Positions 20,545 through 30,099 of a DNA stretch of 50,417 bases are shown here, one piece after another. The first letter of the stretch is position 1, and each line of letters opens with the position of its first letter. The stretch is from NCBI GenBank assembly GCA_019246215.1, contig JAFAQT010000033.1, forward strand, positions 1 to 50,417, in the 5' to 3' direction. The position numbers were made by a program, and so were the translations under genes. Origin of the DNA: Verrucomicrobiota bacterium (GTDB lineage Bacteria > Verrucomicrobiota > Verrucomicrobiia > Chthoniobacterales > JAFAMB01). The notes under the pieces are model-generated. The model ran no database searches. It was given only the letters and a program-made list of their open reading frames with translations, and was not told where the DNA came from.

Positions 20545-21165
20545 GTGGCGAAGTTTGTCATCCCTCGGAAAACAGTCTATAGGCTCTCGCTGTACTTCAG
20601 GATTGTAGAGCGACTGTTCCAGAATCGAATCGATACCGTTTCCTCGGCGGCTTTGGCAAAGGCGGCCGGGGTCAAACCGACCCAGCTTCGCAAAGATCTA
20701 ACCTATTTTGGCCAGTTCGGCACGCGAGGTCTCGGTTACAAGGTCGAATCCCTTGAGAGACAACTGGCAAGTGTGCTTCGCACAGCCCGCTTTCAACCGG
20801 TCATTCTGGTCGGCGCAGGAAACCTTGGGTCAGCCCTTATTCACTATGACGGGTTTGCGAAAGAGGGATTTGAGATTGTAGCGGCATTCGATATCCGCCC
20901 GGGGCGAGCGAAAGGCGGCCACTTGAAAATTTCAATTCTGCCGATGGACCGGCTGAAATCGTTCGTCTCCGAACACAGTGTGAAGCTTGCCATTTTGACG
21001 GTGCCCGGAACCAGCGCCCAAGTGGTGACGAATGCTCTGGTCGAAGCGGGCATCCAGGCAATACTGAATTTCTCGACTATCATCCTTCAGGTGCCGAGTA
21101 ACGTAGTTGTGAACAACGTTAACCTCGCGATCGAATTGGAAAATTTGAGTTACTTTATCACATAG
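20545..21165 (+). CDS. rex: Redox-sensing transcriptional repressor Rex
   Basis: IP..TVYRLSLY, QLRKDLTYFGQFGTRGLGY, VGAGNLG, ILNF. Confidence 0.95.
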   Translation: MAKFVIPRKTVYRLSLYFRIVERLFQNRIDTVSSAALAKAAGVKPTQLRKDLTYFGQFGTRGLGYKVESLERQLASVLRTARFQPVILVGAGNLGSALIHYDGFAKEGFEIVAAFDIRPGRAKGGHLKISILPMDRLKSFVSEHSVKLAILTVPGTSAQVVTNALVEAGIQAILNFSTIILQVPSNVVVNNVNLAIELENLSYFIT

Positions 21166-21326
21166 GGCGTTCAACGTTTCGCAGCACACTGAGCGTCCCA
21201 GAGAGGCCACATTTCCTTGACGACCCAAGTTTCATTCTGCTAACGATTCGAAGTCAACCGTAACCTCTAGTGTCTCCCGATTACGCCTGTTCCAGGGCGT
21301 TACATTCCCGCAGGAAAGGTCATCCT

Positions 21327-23216
21327 ATGAATAGATTCAGTCGTTTAACCACCGGGCAAGCTGTCGTTCGATTCATGGCTCGCCAATTCGTCGAAAGAGA
21401 CGGTCATGAAAACCGGTTCATCGATGGGATTTGGGCTATCTTTGGCCATGGAAACGTCGCAGGCCTTGGTCAGGGGATCGTGGAGTTTAGTCAGGCGGAA
21501 GGCCTGAAATTCTTTCGACCGCAACACGAGCAGGCCATGGTTCACACTGCGGCTGCGTATGCAAAGCATCGCAACCGGTTGGCCACGTTTGCCTGTACGA
21601 CATCGATCGGACCGGGCGCCGCCAACATGATTACCGGCGCAGCCGGAGCCACGGTGAACCGTGTTCCGGTTCTCCTTTTGCCAAGTGACTATTTTGCAAA
21701 TCGGGTTCCGGACCCGGTGCTGCAGCAGCTTGAACATCCACTCGAACGGGACGTGAGCGTCAATGACGCGTTCCGGTCAGTGTCACGATTTTTCGATCGA
21801 ATTTCCCGACCGGAACAGTTGCTGGCGAGTTTTCCCGAGGCGTTTCGAATTCTGACAGATCCCGCCGAAACCGGCGCGGTAACGATCTCTCTCCCAGAAG
21901 ACGTCCAGGCCGAAGCTCACGACTGGCCGATAGAGTTCTTTGAGAAAAGGATATGGCATGTCCGACGTCCAGTCCCAGAACCTGAGTTGGTTCAGGAGGC
22001 GATCGAACTGCTGAAAGCAGCGAAGCGCCCAATCATTATTTCTGGGGGCGGAACGATTTACTCCGAAGCGTCGGAAGAGTTGAGGCATTTTGCCGAAGAA
22101 TTCGGAATACCGGTCACAGAGACACAAGCGGGCAAAGGGGTGCTGAATTGGAATCACTCGATGAATGCCGGCCCGATCGGATCCAACGGCGCGACTTCGG
22201 CGAACAAACTCGCACGAGACGCCGACCTGGTTATCGCGATCGGGACGCGCTTAAGTGATTTCACCACCGCCTCGAAATCGGCGTTCCAGAATCCAACCGT
22301 CCATTTTCTCGGAGTTAACGTCGTCCCGATGGACGCCAATAAGCTTTCGGCCCGACCGATTGTGGCGGACGCGAAACGTGCGTTGGACGTTCTACGGATC
22401 GAGCTCAAAAAGGCAGGGTTTGCTGGAACTCGGATGGAGTATCGAAACGAGATTAAAAATCTTAAAGAGGAGTGGGACGCAAAAGTTACCGAATTGCGGA
22501 CACCGCAGGAAGATTCGGGATTGCTCGCGGAGTTAGCGGCGATCGGATTGGTGAATGAGACAATCGGCGGCAAAGCGACAGTTGTTTGTGCAGCCGGCGG
22601 GATGCCGGGCGAGCTCTTGCGCCTCTGGCGTCCAGAAGATCCGAAAGCTTATCACATGGAATACGGTTTTTCGTGCATGGGCTACGAAATTCCGGGAGGT
22701 GTGGGAGTCAAGTTGGCGGACCCGGATCGCGAAGTAGTCGTAATGGTGGGGGACGGCTCCTACTTGATGATGAATTCCGAAATTGTGACCGCCGTGGGCG
22801 AGGGACTGCGTTTGACGATCGTCCTGATCGATAATCATGGCTACCAATGCATCCTCGGGTTGCAACGTGCCGTCGGTGTATCCGATTTTGGCAACGAGTT
22901 GAGGTATCGTGACAGCGGAACGAAGCAGTTGACCGGTGAATACATTCCGGTCGATTTTCAGAAGCACGCCGAATCGATGGGCGCGAACTCGACAACTGCC
23001 CGGACTGCTGACGAGCTCAGGAAGGCGCTGAAGAACGCGAGGAACGCTGATCGCGTTACGGTTATAGTTGTTCCGGTGGATCCAGAAAAAAGGATGCCCG
23101 GAATGGGCACCTGGTGGGACGTCCCCGTCGCGGAAGTCAGTGGGGAGGAGAGAACCCGTAAAACCAGGGAGACCTACGAAAGGGCGACCGAAAGCCAGCG
23201 AACTGTATTCGCATGA
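21327..23216 (+). CDS. iolD: 3D-(3,5/4)-trihydroxycyclohexane-1,2-dione acylhydrolase (ThDP-dependent)
   Basis: RLTTGQA, IFGHGNVAGLG, TSIGPGAANM, PDPVLQQLE, YHMEYGFSCMGYE, GDGSYLM. SD GGAAAGG. Confidence 0.95.
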   Translation: MNRFSRLTTGQAVVRFMARQFVERDGHENRFIDGIWAIFGHGNVAGLGQGIVEFSQAEGLKFFRPQHEQAMVHTAAAYAKHRNRLATFACTTSIGPGAANMITGAAGATVNRVPVLLLPSDYFANRVPDPVLQQLEHPLERDVSVNDAFRSVSRFFDRISRPEQLLASFPEAFRILTDPAETGAVTISLPEDVQAEAHDWPIEFFEKRIWHVRRPVPEPELVQEAIELLKAAKRPIIISGGGTIYSEASEELRHFAEEFGIPVTETQAGKGVLNWNHSMNAGPIGSNGATSANKLARDADLVIAIGTRLSDFTTASKSAFQNPTVHFLGVNVVPMDANKLSARPIVADAKRALDVLRIELKKAGFAGTRMEYRNEIKNLKEEWDAKVTELRTPQEDSGLLAELAAIGLVNETIGGKATVVCAAGGMPGELLRLWRPEDPKAYHMEYGFSCMGYEIPGGVGVKLADPDREVVVMVGDGSYLMMNSEIVTAVGEGLRLTIVLIDNHGYQCILGLQRAVGVSDFGNELRYRDSGTKQLTGEYIPVDFQKHAESMGANSTTARTADELRKALKNARNADRVTVIVVPVDPEKRMPGMGTWWDVPVAEVSGEERTRKTRETYERATESQRTVFA

Positions 23217-24094
23217 AGCTAGCGACGGCACCTGTAAACTGGAATAACAACGACGTTCCGGATTATCGGGAATGGACGCCATATCCTCGGCTCATCGAAG
23301 AGATGGTAGCTGCGGGTTATTCTGCGACGGAGTGGGGTATGAACATGCCGAAAGACCCGCGGATGATGAAGGCCGATCTGCAGCGTTGCGGCTTGCAGAT
23401 GCTTGGCGGGTTTGTCGAATTGGAATTGCGCAACGGAGCACGGCAGAAAGACGAGATCAGCCGAGGCTTGGAGATTGGGCGTTTCTTCAAATCAATCGGA
23501 GGAACCTACCTGATCGGTGCGGACAGCGGAGACGAAAAGAGGCGCAGCCAAGCTGGGCATGTTAATCCCGCCGGAGGACTGACTGGCGAGCAGTGGAAGT
23601 ACCTGGCGGAGGGGCTAAATCAGTTGGGACGAGTCCTTCGAGAAGAGGGCCTCGAACTGGTGTTTCACAACCATGTCGGCACTTACGTTGAGACTGAAGC
23701 CGAAACAGCGAGGCTATTGCAGGAGACCGATCCAAGTTGCGTGGGATGGTGTCTTGATTGCGGGCACTTGGTGTACGGCGGCGGAGACACGTTTGAAATG
23801 CTCAAAGAATACGGCGAGCGGGTGAAGTATGTGCACGTCAAGGATGTGGACGGAAACGTGTTGCTCCGGTCTAAAAAAGAGAGCTGGAGTTTCGAGCAGG
23901 CATTGAAAGGTTTTGTTTTTGCTCCCTTAGGCGAAGGGATCGCGCGGGTGTCGGACGTGATCCGTGCGTTGGAAGACCATCAGTATGACGGATGGTTAGT
24001 CGTTGAGCAGGATACAACGCCTTTGAATCCTACGGAGGTCGCGAGAGAGAATCGGATCTACCTCGAAGGATTAGTGAACAAAAAGAAATCATGA
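23213..24094 (+). CDS. iolE: myo-inosose-2 dehydratase family (IolE-like TIM barrel)
   Basis: APVNWNNND, FHNHVGTYVE, LDCGH, HVKDV, PLGEG, GWLVVEQD. Lies within an iol cluster. Confidence 0.75.
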   Translation: MKLATAPVNWNNNDVPDYREWTPYPRLIEEMVAAGYSATEWGMNMPKDPRMMKADLQRCGLQMLGGFVELELRNGARQKDEISRGLEIGRFFKSIGGTYLIGADSGDEKRRSQAGHVNPAGGLTGEQWKYLAEGLNQLGRVLREEGLELVFHNHVGTYVETEAETARLLQETDPSCVGWCLDCGHLVYGGGDTFEMLKEYGERVKYVHVKDVDGNVLLRSKKESWSFEQALKGFVFAPLGEGIARVSDVIRALEDHQYDGWLVVEQDTTPLNPTEVARENRIYLEGLVNKKKS

Positions 24095-24969
24095 GTGTTA
24101 AGACGGACTACAAAGAGCTGGAGGTACTGGCTCAACGGGGTCGCTGGCTAGTGATCAGCACAGTAGCGGGCAGCGGGGCGGGACACGTCGGTGGGCCATT
24201 GTCGGCCATGGATTTAATGGTCGCGCTTTACTTTCGTGTGATGGACGTCCGGCCTCAAGAACCCCAATGGCCCGAACGGGATCGATTCATACTTTCAAAG
24301 GGGCATTCTGCGATCGGGCAGTACACAGTGATGGCGCTGCGAGGCTATCTTCCGGTCGAAGAGTTGAAGACTTTCGATAAAGGTCGGTCCCGATTGCAAG
24401 GTCATCCGGACGTCACAAAACTCCCTGGCTTGGAAACATCGACAGGATCCCTGGGCCAAGGCTTGTCTGTTGGGCTCGGATTCGCACTTGGCGGGCGTTT
24501 ACGAGGGCAGAAGTTCCACACGTTTATCTTGATCGGGGACGGCGAGCTTCAGGAAGGAATGATATGGGAAGCGTTGCACATCGCTCCCAGGTACAAGCTT
24601 GGAAACCTGACCGCGATTCTCGACTGGAACGGTCTGCAACAATTTGGTTGGCTGCTTGCTCCGGGCGAAAAGCACCGTGGCGACCGGCGCGACCCATGGG
24701 CCGGAGTCGATCTCAAAACCATCTTCGAGAAGCTGGGTTGGCGCGTTTTGGAGATCGACGGACACGATTATTCACAAATTGTTCCTGCGCTGGATGCGGC
24801 CAAAAAGTTCGGAGATTCGGACCAGCCAACGATCATCGTGGCCCACACAATCAAGGGGAAAGGTGTGCAAATCACGGAAGGAAAGTTTGAATGGCATTCC
24901 AAAGTTGCAACGAAAGAGGAATTGTACGCTGTCGCCGCAGAACTTGGCGTTGAGGAGGTGGGCGTGTGA
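24091..24969 (+). CDS. Transketolase N-terminal (ThDP-binding) subunit
   Basis: GHVGG.LS, RDRFILSKGH, LQGHP, STGSLGQG, GDGELQEG, TIKGKG. Confidence 0.92.
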   Translation: MSVKTDYKELEVLAQRGRWLVISTVAGSGAGHVGGPLSAMDLMVALYFRVMDVRPQEPQWPERDRFILSKGHSAIGQYTVMALRGYLPVEELKTFDKGRSRLQGHPDVTKLPGLETSTGSLGQGLSVGLGFALGGRLRGQKFHTFILIGDGELQEGMIWEALHIAPRYKLGNLTAILDWNGLQQFGWLLAPGEKHRGDRRDPWAGVDLKTIFEKLGWRVLEIDGHDYSQIVPALDAAKKFGDSDQPTIIVAHTIKGKGVQITEGKFEWHSKVATKEELYAVAAELGVEEVGV

Positions 24970-25901
24970 AAGCGTTACGGGACGTTTTTGGAGAAACGCT
25001 CGTTGCGCTAGGTAAGACGAACCCGAACATCCTGGTGTTAGACGCCGATCTGGCGAACTCCACTAAAGCGGACAAATTTGCCGTGGAACACCCCGACAAA
25101 TTTCTTGAGATGGGGATTGCAGAGCAGAATTTTGTCGGCGTTGCTGTGGGTTTGGCGTCGCTCGGCTTCGTTCCGTGGCTTTCTTCGTTCACGGTGTTTT
25201 TTACCCATCGGGCGGTTGACCCGATCCGAATGTTAGTTGCGCAGACTCACGCGAACGTGAAGATCGGCGCCGCGTATGCCGGTTTGCTGACGGGTCTCAC
25301 CGGTAAAACGCACCAGGACGTCGAGGACCTCGCGATCATGCGGGCAATGCCTGGGATGACGGTTCTGGCCCCGGCGGACGAATTCGAAGGGGAGGCAATG
25401 ATCCGGTGGGCCACCGAATTCGCTGGACCCGTTTACCTGCGACTAGCGCGAGACGCAAGTCCACCGGTCTTCGATTCGGACTACGCGTTTACCCCGGGCA
25501 AGACATACCATTTGCGAGAAGGATACGATCTGCTGCTGATCTCCACTGGTCCGCAGAGTGTACGTTGCGTCGAAGCGGCTGAGCGCCTCGCTGAACAGGG
25601 AATTTCAGCGGGCGTTCTTCACGTACCCTCGATCAAGCCAGTTAAAACGGAAGAAATTGTTACAGCATGTGAACCTGTGCCGATCATTTTCACGGTCGAG
25701 GAGCACAATGTCTTTGGGGGCCTGGGAGGGTTGGTGGCAGAGATTCTGGCGGAACATCTGCCGAAGTTGATGATCCGATTCGGGATCGAAGATCGCTGGG
25801 GTGAATCCGCGCCGAATGATTTTCTTTTGGACCAGTTTCAACTTTCGGGACCCCGGCTGAGTGAGAGGATTGTGAACCGTCTCCGGGTAGCAAAATCATG
25901 A
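24966..25901 (+). CDS. Transketolase C-terminal (pyrimidine-binding) subunit
   Basis: LDADLANST, MGIAEQN, G.THQ..ED, GPVYLRL, VEEHN..GGLG. Confidence 0.92.
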   Translation: MKALRDVFGETLVALGKTNPNILVLDADLANSTKADKFAVEHPDKFLEMGIAEQNFVGVAVGLASLGFVPWLSSFTVFFTHRAVDPIRMLVAQTHANVKIGAAYAGLLTGLTGKTHQDVEDLAIMRAMPGMTVLAPADEFEGEAMIRWATEFAGPVYLRLARDASPPVFDSDYAFTPGKTYHLREGYDLLLISTGPQSVRCVEAAERLAEQGISAGVLHVPSIKPVKTEEIVTACEPVPIIFTVEEHNVFGGLGGLVAEILAEHLPKLMIRFGIEDRWGESAPNDFLLDQFQLSGPRLSERIVNRLRVAKS

Positions 25902-26908
25902 GAGACAAAATCGGGGTTGCTTTGCTCGGTTTTGGGCGGATGGGCGAGACTCATCTGCGAAACCTCAGTGGGCTATCGCAAGTGAAGGTTGTGGTGGTAG
26001 CCGACCCGAGACGCGAGGCGGCGGAGCGGGGAAAGGCCATCTCCGGCGCCGAAGAAGCGTTGACTGACGTCGAAAAGGCAATAGCGCATCCCGCCGTGGA
26101 TGCTGTGGTGATTGTGACTCCAACCGACACGCATGCGCACTTGCTCGAGTTGGCCGCTCACGCCAGCAAGGCCGTCTTTAGCGAAAAACCGATCGCGCTC
26201 GATCTCGCTGAGACTGCGCGCGTGGTCAAAATCATCCAGGAACGTGGGATTCCAGTTCAGTTGGGGTTCATGCGTCGCTTCGATCCAGGGTATGCGCGCG
26301 CCAAACAGAAAATTGATGCGGGCGAGCTTGGTCGAATTGAATTGTTTCGCGCTCTCAGTCGCGACACCTATCCGCCTAGCTTGGAGTTCTTGCTGGGCAG
26401 CGGGGGAATATTTCTCGATATGGCGGTGCACGATCTGGATCTTGCGCGTTTCCTGGTCGGCGAGGTTGAGGAAGTGCAGGCCTGGGGTACGGTTTTGGTG
26501 GACGAAAAATTTTCCAAGGCCAAGGACGCCGACACGGCAGTGACGTTGCTGAGGTTTCGCAATGGGGCGTTGGGGGTGGTTGAAACATCCCGTCACTCCA
26601 ATTGGGGATATGATATTCGGACCGAAGTCGCCGGTGCTGTTGCTAAGGTCGTGGTGGAGGCTGCACAGAAAACGCCCCTTCTTTTGGCCAGGGATTTCAC
26701 TTCCACTTTCGATCATTTCGAGAATTTCCCGGACCGATTTCAAGCGGCGTATCGCTTGGAATTAGAATCGTTTTTTTCGGCACTGCTGGAAGCCAGGCAA
26801 CCTTCGCCCGGGCCACAGGACGCTCTGGAAACGCTCCGCTTGGGATTAGCAGCCGCCAAAAGCTGGCGGGAAAACCGTCCTGTAAAAACTTCCGAGGTAC
26901 AACCATGA
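25898..26908 (+). CDS. iolG: Inositol 2-dehydrogenase (Gfo/Idh/MocA family)
   Basis: GFGRMG, SEKPI, GFMRRFDP, SRD, GGIFLDMAVHDLD, GYDIRTEV, RFQAAY. Confidence 0.85.
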   Translation: MRDKIGVALLGFGRMGETHLRNLSGLSQVKVVVVADPRREAAERGKAISGAEEALTDVEKAIAHPAVDAVVIVTPTDTHAHLLELAAHASKAVFSEKPIALDLAETARVVKIIQERGIPVQLGFMRRFDPGYARAKQKIDAGELGRIELFRALSRDTYPPSLEFLLGSGGIFLDMAVHDLDLARFLVGEVEEVQAWGTVLVDEKFSKAKDADTAVTLLRFRNGALGVVETSRHSNWGYDIRTEVAGAVAKVVVEAAQKTPLLLARDFTSTFDHFENFPDRFQAAYRLELESFFSALLEARQPSPGPQDALETLRLGLAAAKSWRENRPVKTSEVQP

Positions 26909-26986
26909 AGCGACCGGCGGCTTATCTCTTTTGCGGCCGGCGCGCGAGATGCACTGCGCAAATCGGTCTGGCAAAATCCGTGGTTT

Positions 26987-27550
26987 CTATGATTCCACTC
27001 TCGCGGTGGAGTGCCCAAGGATTTTGACAGTCTGGTTTAGCTGCTCGATTTTAAGGGGTTTCTTCAGAACTGTCACAGGGCTAATCTGCAAAATCCTGTC
27101 CAGAACTTCGCTGTCTGGGTAACCGGTAATCACGATGACATTCAAGTCTGGATCGATGTGTTTAGCCGTTTTGTACACCTGATCTCCGGGTGCATCCGGT
27201 AACTGCAAGTCCAAAAACATCAAATCGAACTTTTGTTTTCGCAGGCTGCCGACGGCGTCCTTGGCGGTTCCGACGACGACTCGACTAAACCCGATTTTTT
27301 TTAGAAATGCTTTAAATAATTCTTGGAGATCAGGATCATCATCCACCACCAACACTGTTGGTTGGCCCTGTTTATCTTGCCGGAGAATATCCCGATCCAG
27401 CGAGGATTTCTTAATTCGCCACCGTCCGCCAATTTGAATCGCGGGTATCTGCCCCCTTTGAACGAGGTAGTAAACAGTGGGGAGCGGTATCCGTAAATAT
27501 TCGGCAGTTTCCTTTACGGTGAGAAGATTATGATTAGGAGTTTCACTCAC
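26987..27550 (-). CDS. Response regulator: excisionase-like HTH plus receiver domain, paralog B
   Basis: 187 aa, colinear with 15442-16005 (about 155/187 identical by manual count). Receiver D/T/K residues intact. Confidence 0.88.
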   Translation of the reverse strand: MSETPNHNLLTVKETAEYLRIPLPTVYYLVQRGQIPAIQIGGRWRIKKSSLDRDILRQDKQGQPTVLVVDDDPDLQELFKAFLKKIGFSRVVVGTAKDAVGSLRKQKFDLMFLDLQLPDAPGDQVYKTAKHIDPDLNVIVITGYPDSEVLDRILQISPVTVLKKPLKIEQLNQTVKILGHSTARVES

Positions 27551-27885
27551 AGGTGCTTTAGATAGTAAAGTTAATTACAACTGTAGGCCTGTTATGGAAA
27601 TAAGTCCAGCGTGTCAACTGCGCATTCTACAACAGGCAAGAAAGAGCCGAACCCGTATCCGGTTTCAGGCGGAGGCGTCCTCATCCAAGTTGGTGTCTGT
27701 ATCTTTTTGCGTTGCGCAATGTTATCCAGGAGTTTGTGACGTTTCTTCAAGGTCCGGCGCACGAGGTGTCTCATCTGAGAATTAGCGCAAGGGTGCGAAT
27801 TAAATGCGGAGTGTTGGGGCTGGAGATCATGAAGAATCGGCTTTCAATTTCCTGGAGGCGAGCAGATCAATAAATTATCCCAAGA

Positions 27886-29295
27886 ATGCAAACACGCACT
27901 GAAAAAGACTCTATGGGCACCATGGAGGTGCCCGCCGAAGCACTGTATGGGGCGACGACCCAGCGCGCAGTCCTAAATTTCCCGATCAGCGGATATCGGT
28001 TCGGTCGGCCATTCATTCGTGCGCTCGGACTTATCAAATGGGCCGCCGCGCAGGCGAACCGGGATCTGGAGAGACTCGACGAGGAGCGCGCCCGTCTCAT
28101 CGTTCAGGCCGCGGAGGAGGTAATTGAGGGAAGGTTGGACAGTCATTTTCCGCTCGACATCTTCCAGACCGGTTCAGGCACCAGCACGAACATGAACGCA
28201 AATGAGGTGATCTCGAACCGGGTGAGTCAAAAGCTGGGAAAACCGATCGGGCTGAAGGATCCTGTCCACCCGAACGATCATGTGAATATGGGCCAATCCA
28301 GTAACGATGTGATTCCGACCGCAATCCACATTGCTGTTGGTGAATCGGTTCGGAATGACCTCATGCCGGCTCTGGAACATCTACAGCATGGACTCGAAGC
28401 GAAAACCCAGGAGTTCTGGGACATTATTAAAATCGGTCGAACACACCTGATGGACGCCACTCCAATCCGACTTGGACAGGAATTCAGCGCATACGCCAAA
28501 CAAATCGAATATGGCAAGCTCCGAGCGGGGAACGCCATAGCTGCGGTCGAAGAGCTGGCCTTGGGCGGAACGGCGGTCGGAACTGGATTAAATTGCCATC
28601 CGGAATTTCCCGGGCGCGTAATGGGCTATCTCTGGAACAGGACTGGCGTGGCCTTTCGCGAAGCGCGCAACCATTTTGAGTCGCAGGGAGCGAAAGACGG
28701 ACTAGTGGAGGCGAGCGGCGAAATACGCGCTCTGGCAGTCAGCCTCTTCAAAATCGCCAACGATTTTCGCTGGCTGAGTAGCGGCCCTCGTTGCGGTATC
28801 GGTGAGATTCAATTGCCTGCAACGCAGCCCGGTAGCTCGATCATGCCGGGAAAGGTTAATCCGGTACTTTGTGAATCAGTGATGCAGGTTTGCGCTCAGG
28901 TGATCGGCAACGACACGGCCATTTGCTGGGGGGGAGCCAATGGGAATTTGGAATTGAACGTCATGATGCCGATGATGGCTCATAACTTTCTTGAGAACGT
29001 CCGGTTGTTATCCAATGTGGTTCGGGAGTTTCAGGACCGATGTGTGAGCGGAATCGCCGCAAATCGCGAACGGTGTAAGGAATTGGTCGAGTACAGTATG
29101 GCCATGGTCACGAGCCTAGTTCCGATGATCGGATACGATCGCGCGGCTGAAATCGCTAAGGAGAGCGCCAAGACCGGGAAAACTGTTCGCCAGATCTGCC
29201 GGGAAAAGCAGATACTCCCGGAAGCGGAGCTTAACCGGGCGTTGGATCCGGTGGAGATGACCAAACCCGGGGGGGAGGGGGCACCAGGCGGCTAA
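27886..29295 (+). CDS. fumC: Class II fumarate hydratase
   Basis: RTEKDSMG, QTGSGTSTNMN, HPNDHVN, KIGRTHLMDATP, GSSIMPGKVNP. Confidence 0.96.
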   Translation: MQTRTEKDSMGTMEVPAEALYGATTQRAVLNFPISGYRFGRPFIRALGLIKWAAAQANRDLERLDEERARLIVQAAEEVIEGRLDSHFPLDIFQTGSGTSTNMNANEVISNRVSQKLGKPIGLKDPVHPNDHVNMGQSSNDVIPTAIHIAVGESVRNDLMPALEHLQHGLEAKTQEFWDIIKIGRTHLMDATPIRLGQEFSAYAKQIEYGKLRAGNAIAAVEELALGGTAVGTGLNCHPEFPGRVMGYLWNRTGVAFREARNHFESQGAKDGLVEASGEIRALAVSLFKIANDFRWLSSGPRCGIGEIQLPATQPGSSIMPGKVNPVLCESVMQVCAQVIGNDTAICWGGANGNLELNVMMPMMAHNFLENVRLLSNVVREFQDRCVSGIAANRERCKELVEYSMAMVTSLVPMIGYDRAAEIAKESAKTGKTVRQICREKQILPEAELNRALDPVEMTKPGGEGAPGG

Positions 29296-29343
29296 GCGCA
29301 GGAGGTAGAAAACAGAAGCTGCAGGAGTCCTGGGCTTAGACGT

Positions 29344-30099
29344 TCAGACAAAGCTCAGCTCGATTGCCCGTTGGATCATCGCAACGTGAGCCTGAATTCT
29401 CGGGCCGAGGTCGTATTCGGAAGGCGTTTCCGCGGTGATCGTGCGCTCACTATGATTTGACGCGAGATAAATTGCTTCCGCGACGACCGGAAACTTCTTA
29501 ATATTGATTTTCCGGGCAATCCAACCTTGGTCGGCTCTGCGTCCTTCGATGGTTTGGCGCGGATCAATCGGTACATAGTATCCGGCTGCCGCCAGGAGTT
29601 CTGGCCCAAAAGTGGTCAGTTTTTTACGTATTTCGTAGAGATAAACTCCTTGAGCGTCGTAATCCTCGTGGAGACACATGGCGAGACGGAATTTTCGATC
29701 CCGCAGCAGTTCTATTTGGGCATTGATGCGCTGGATGGTGTCTAAATGATAGCATCGATTCAAATCGCGGTTTTCAGAATCTGTCCTTCGATTGTGCACC
29801 AGACCCCAGGGATTAAGGCACGGAAAAATCATCACCGGTATTTCGTGCAGAATCGAGCAATGGAGTTCGGCCCATTGAAAGAGTCCTTCGGTTGATGCCG
29901 GCTCATCCCCGTGGATTCCTGCTGATAAGTAGATCCCGCCCGCATTTGTCAATGCCGGTGAGATAAAGCAGAAAAGCTCAAATTCTTCCGCCGTGCAATA
30001 CCCCAATGTTTTCAATCTGGCTTTCCGGGCGAGGTTTTGCCAGCGTTTGCTTAGAAACTGATAGTCATGGACCCGATGCCGTTGAAACTCGAAATTCAT
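29344..30099 (-). CDS. M14 zinc carboxypeptidase / succinylglutamate desuccinylase-aspartoacylase family (possibly MpaA-like)
   Basis: AGIHGDE, PCLNPWG...RR, DLNR, CLHED, ETPS. Overlaps the mpl stop by 4 nt. Confidence 0.8.
   Translation of the reverse strand: MNFEFQRHRVHDYQFLSKRWQNLARKARLKTLGYCTAEEFELFCFISPALTNAGGIYLSAGIHGDEPASTEGLFQWAELHCSILHEIPVMIFPCLNPWGLVHNRRTDSENRDLNRCYHLDTIQRINAQIELLRDRKFRLAMCLHEDYDAQGVYLYEIRKKLTTFGPELLAAAGYYVPIDPRQTIEGRRADQGWIARKINIKKFPVVAEAIYLASNHSERTITAETPSEYDLGPRIQAHVAMIQRAIELSFV

Noticed and set aside
19730-21326. Rex operator (TTGTGAA-N4-TTCACAA) near rex, iolD, gap or fumC
   Set aside because: Only half-sites found (for example near 16222 and 27733). No convincing full palindrome.
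22533-26743. Long antisense ORFs (22533-23282, 25973-26743; likewise 40298-41053, 44054-44866, 49447-50304)
   Set aside because: They shadow well-supported genes on the opposite strand and carry no motifs.
15442-27550. Composite-transposon or recent direct-repeat interpretation of the two regulators
   Set aside because: The copies differ at many synonymous sites, their flanks are unrelated, and the enclosed DNA includes the core gene rex.
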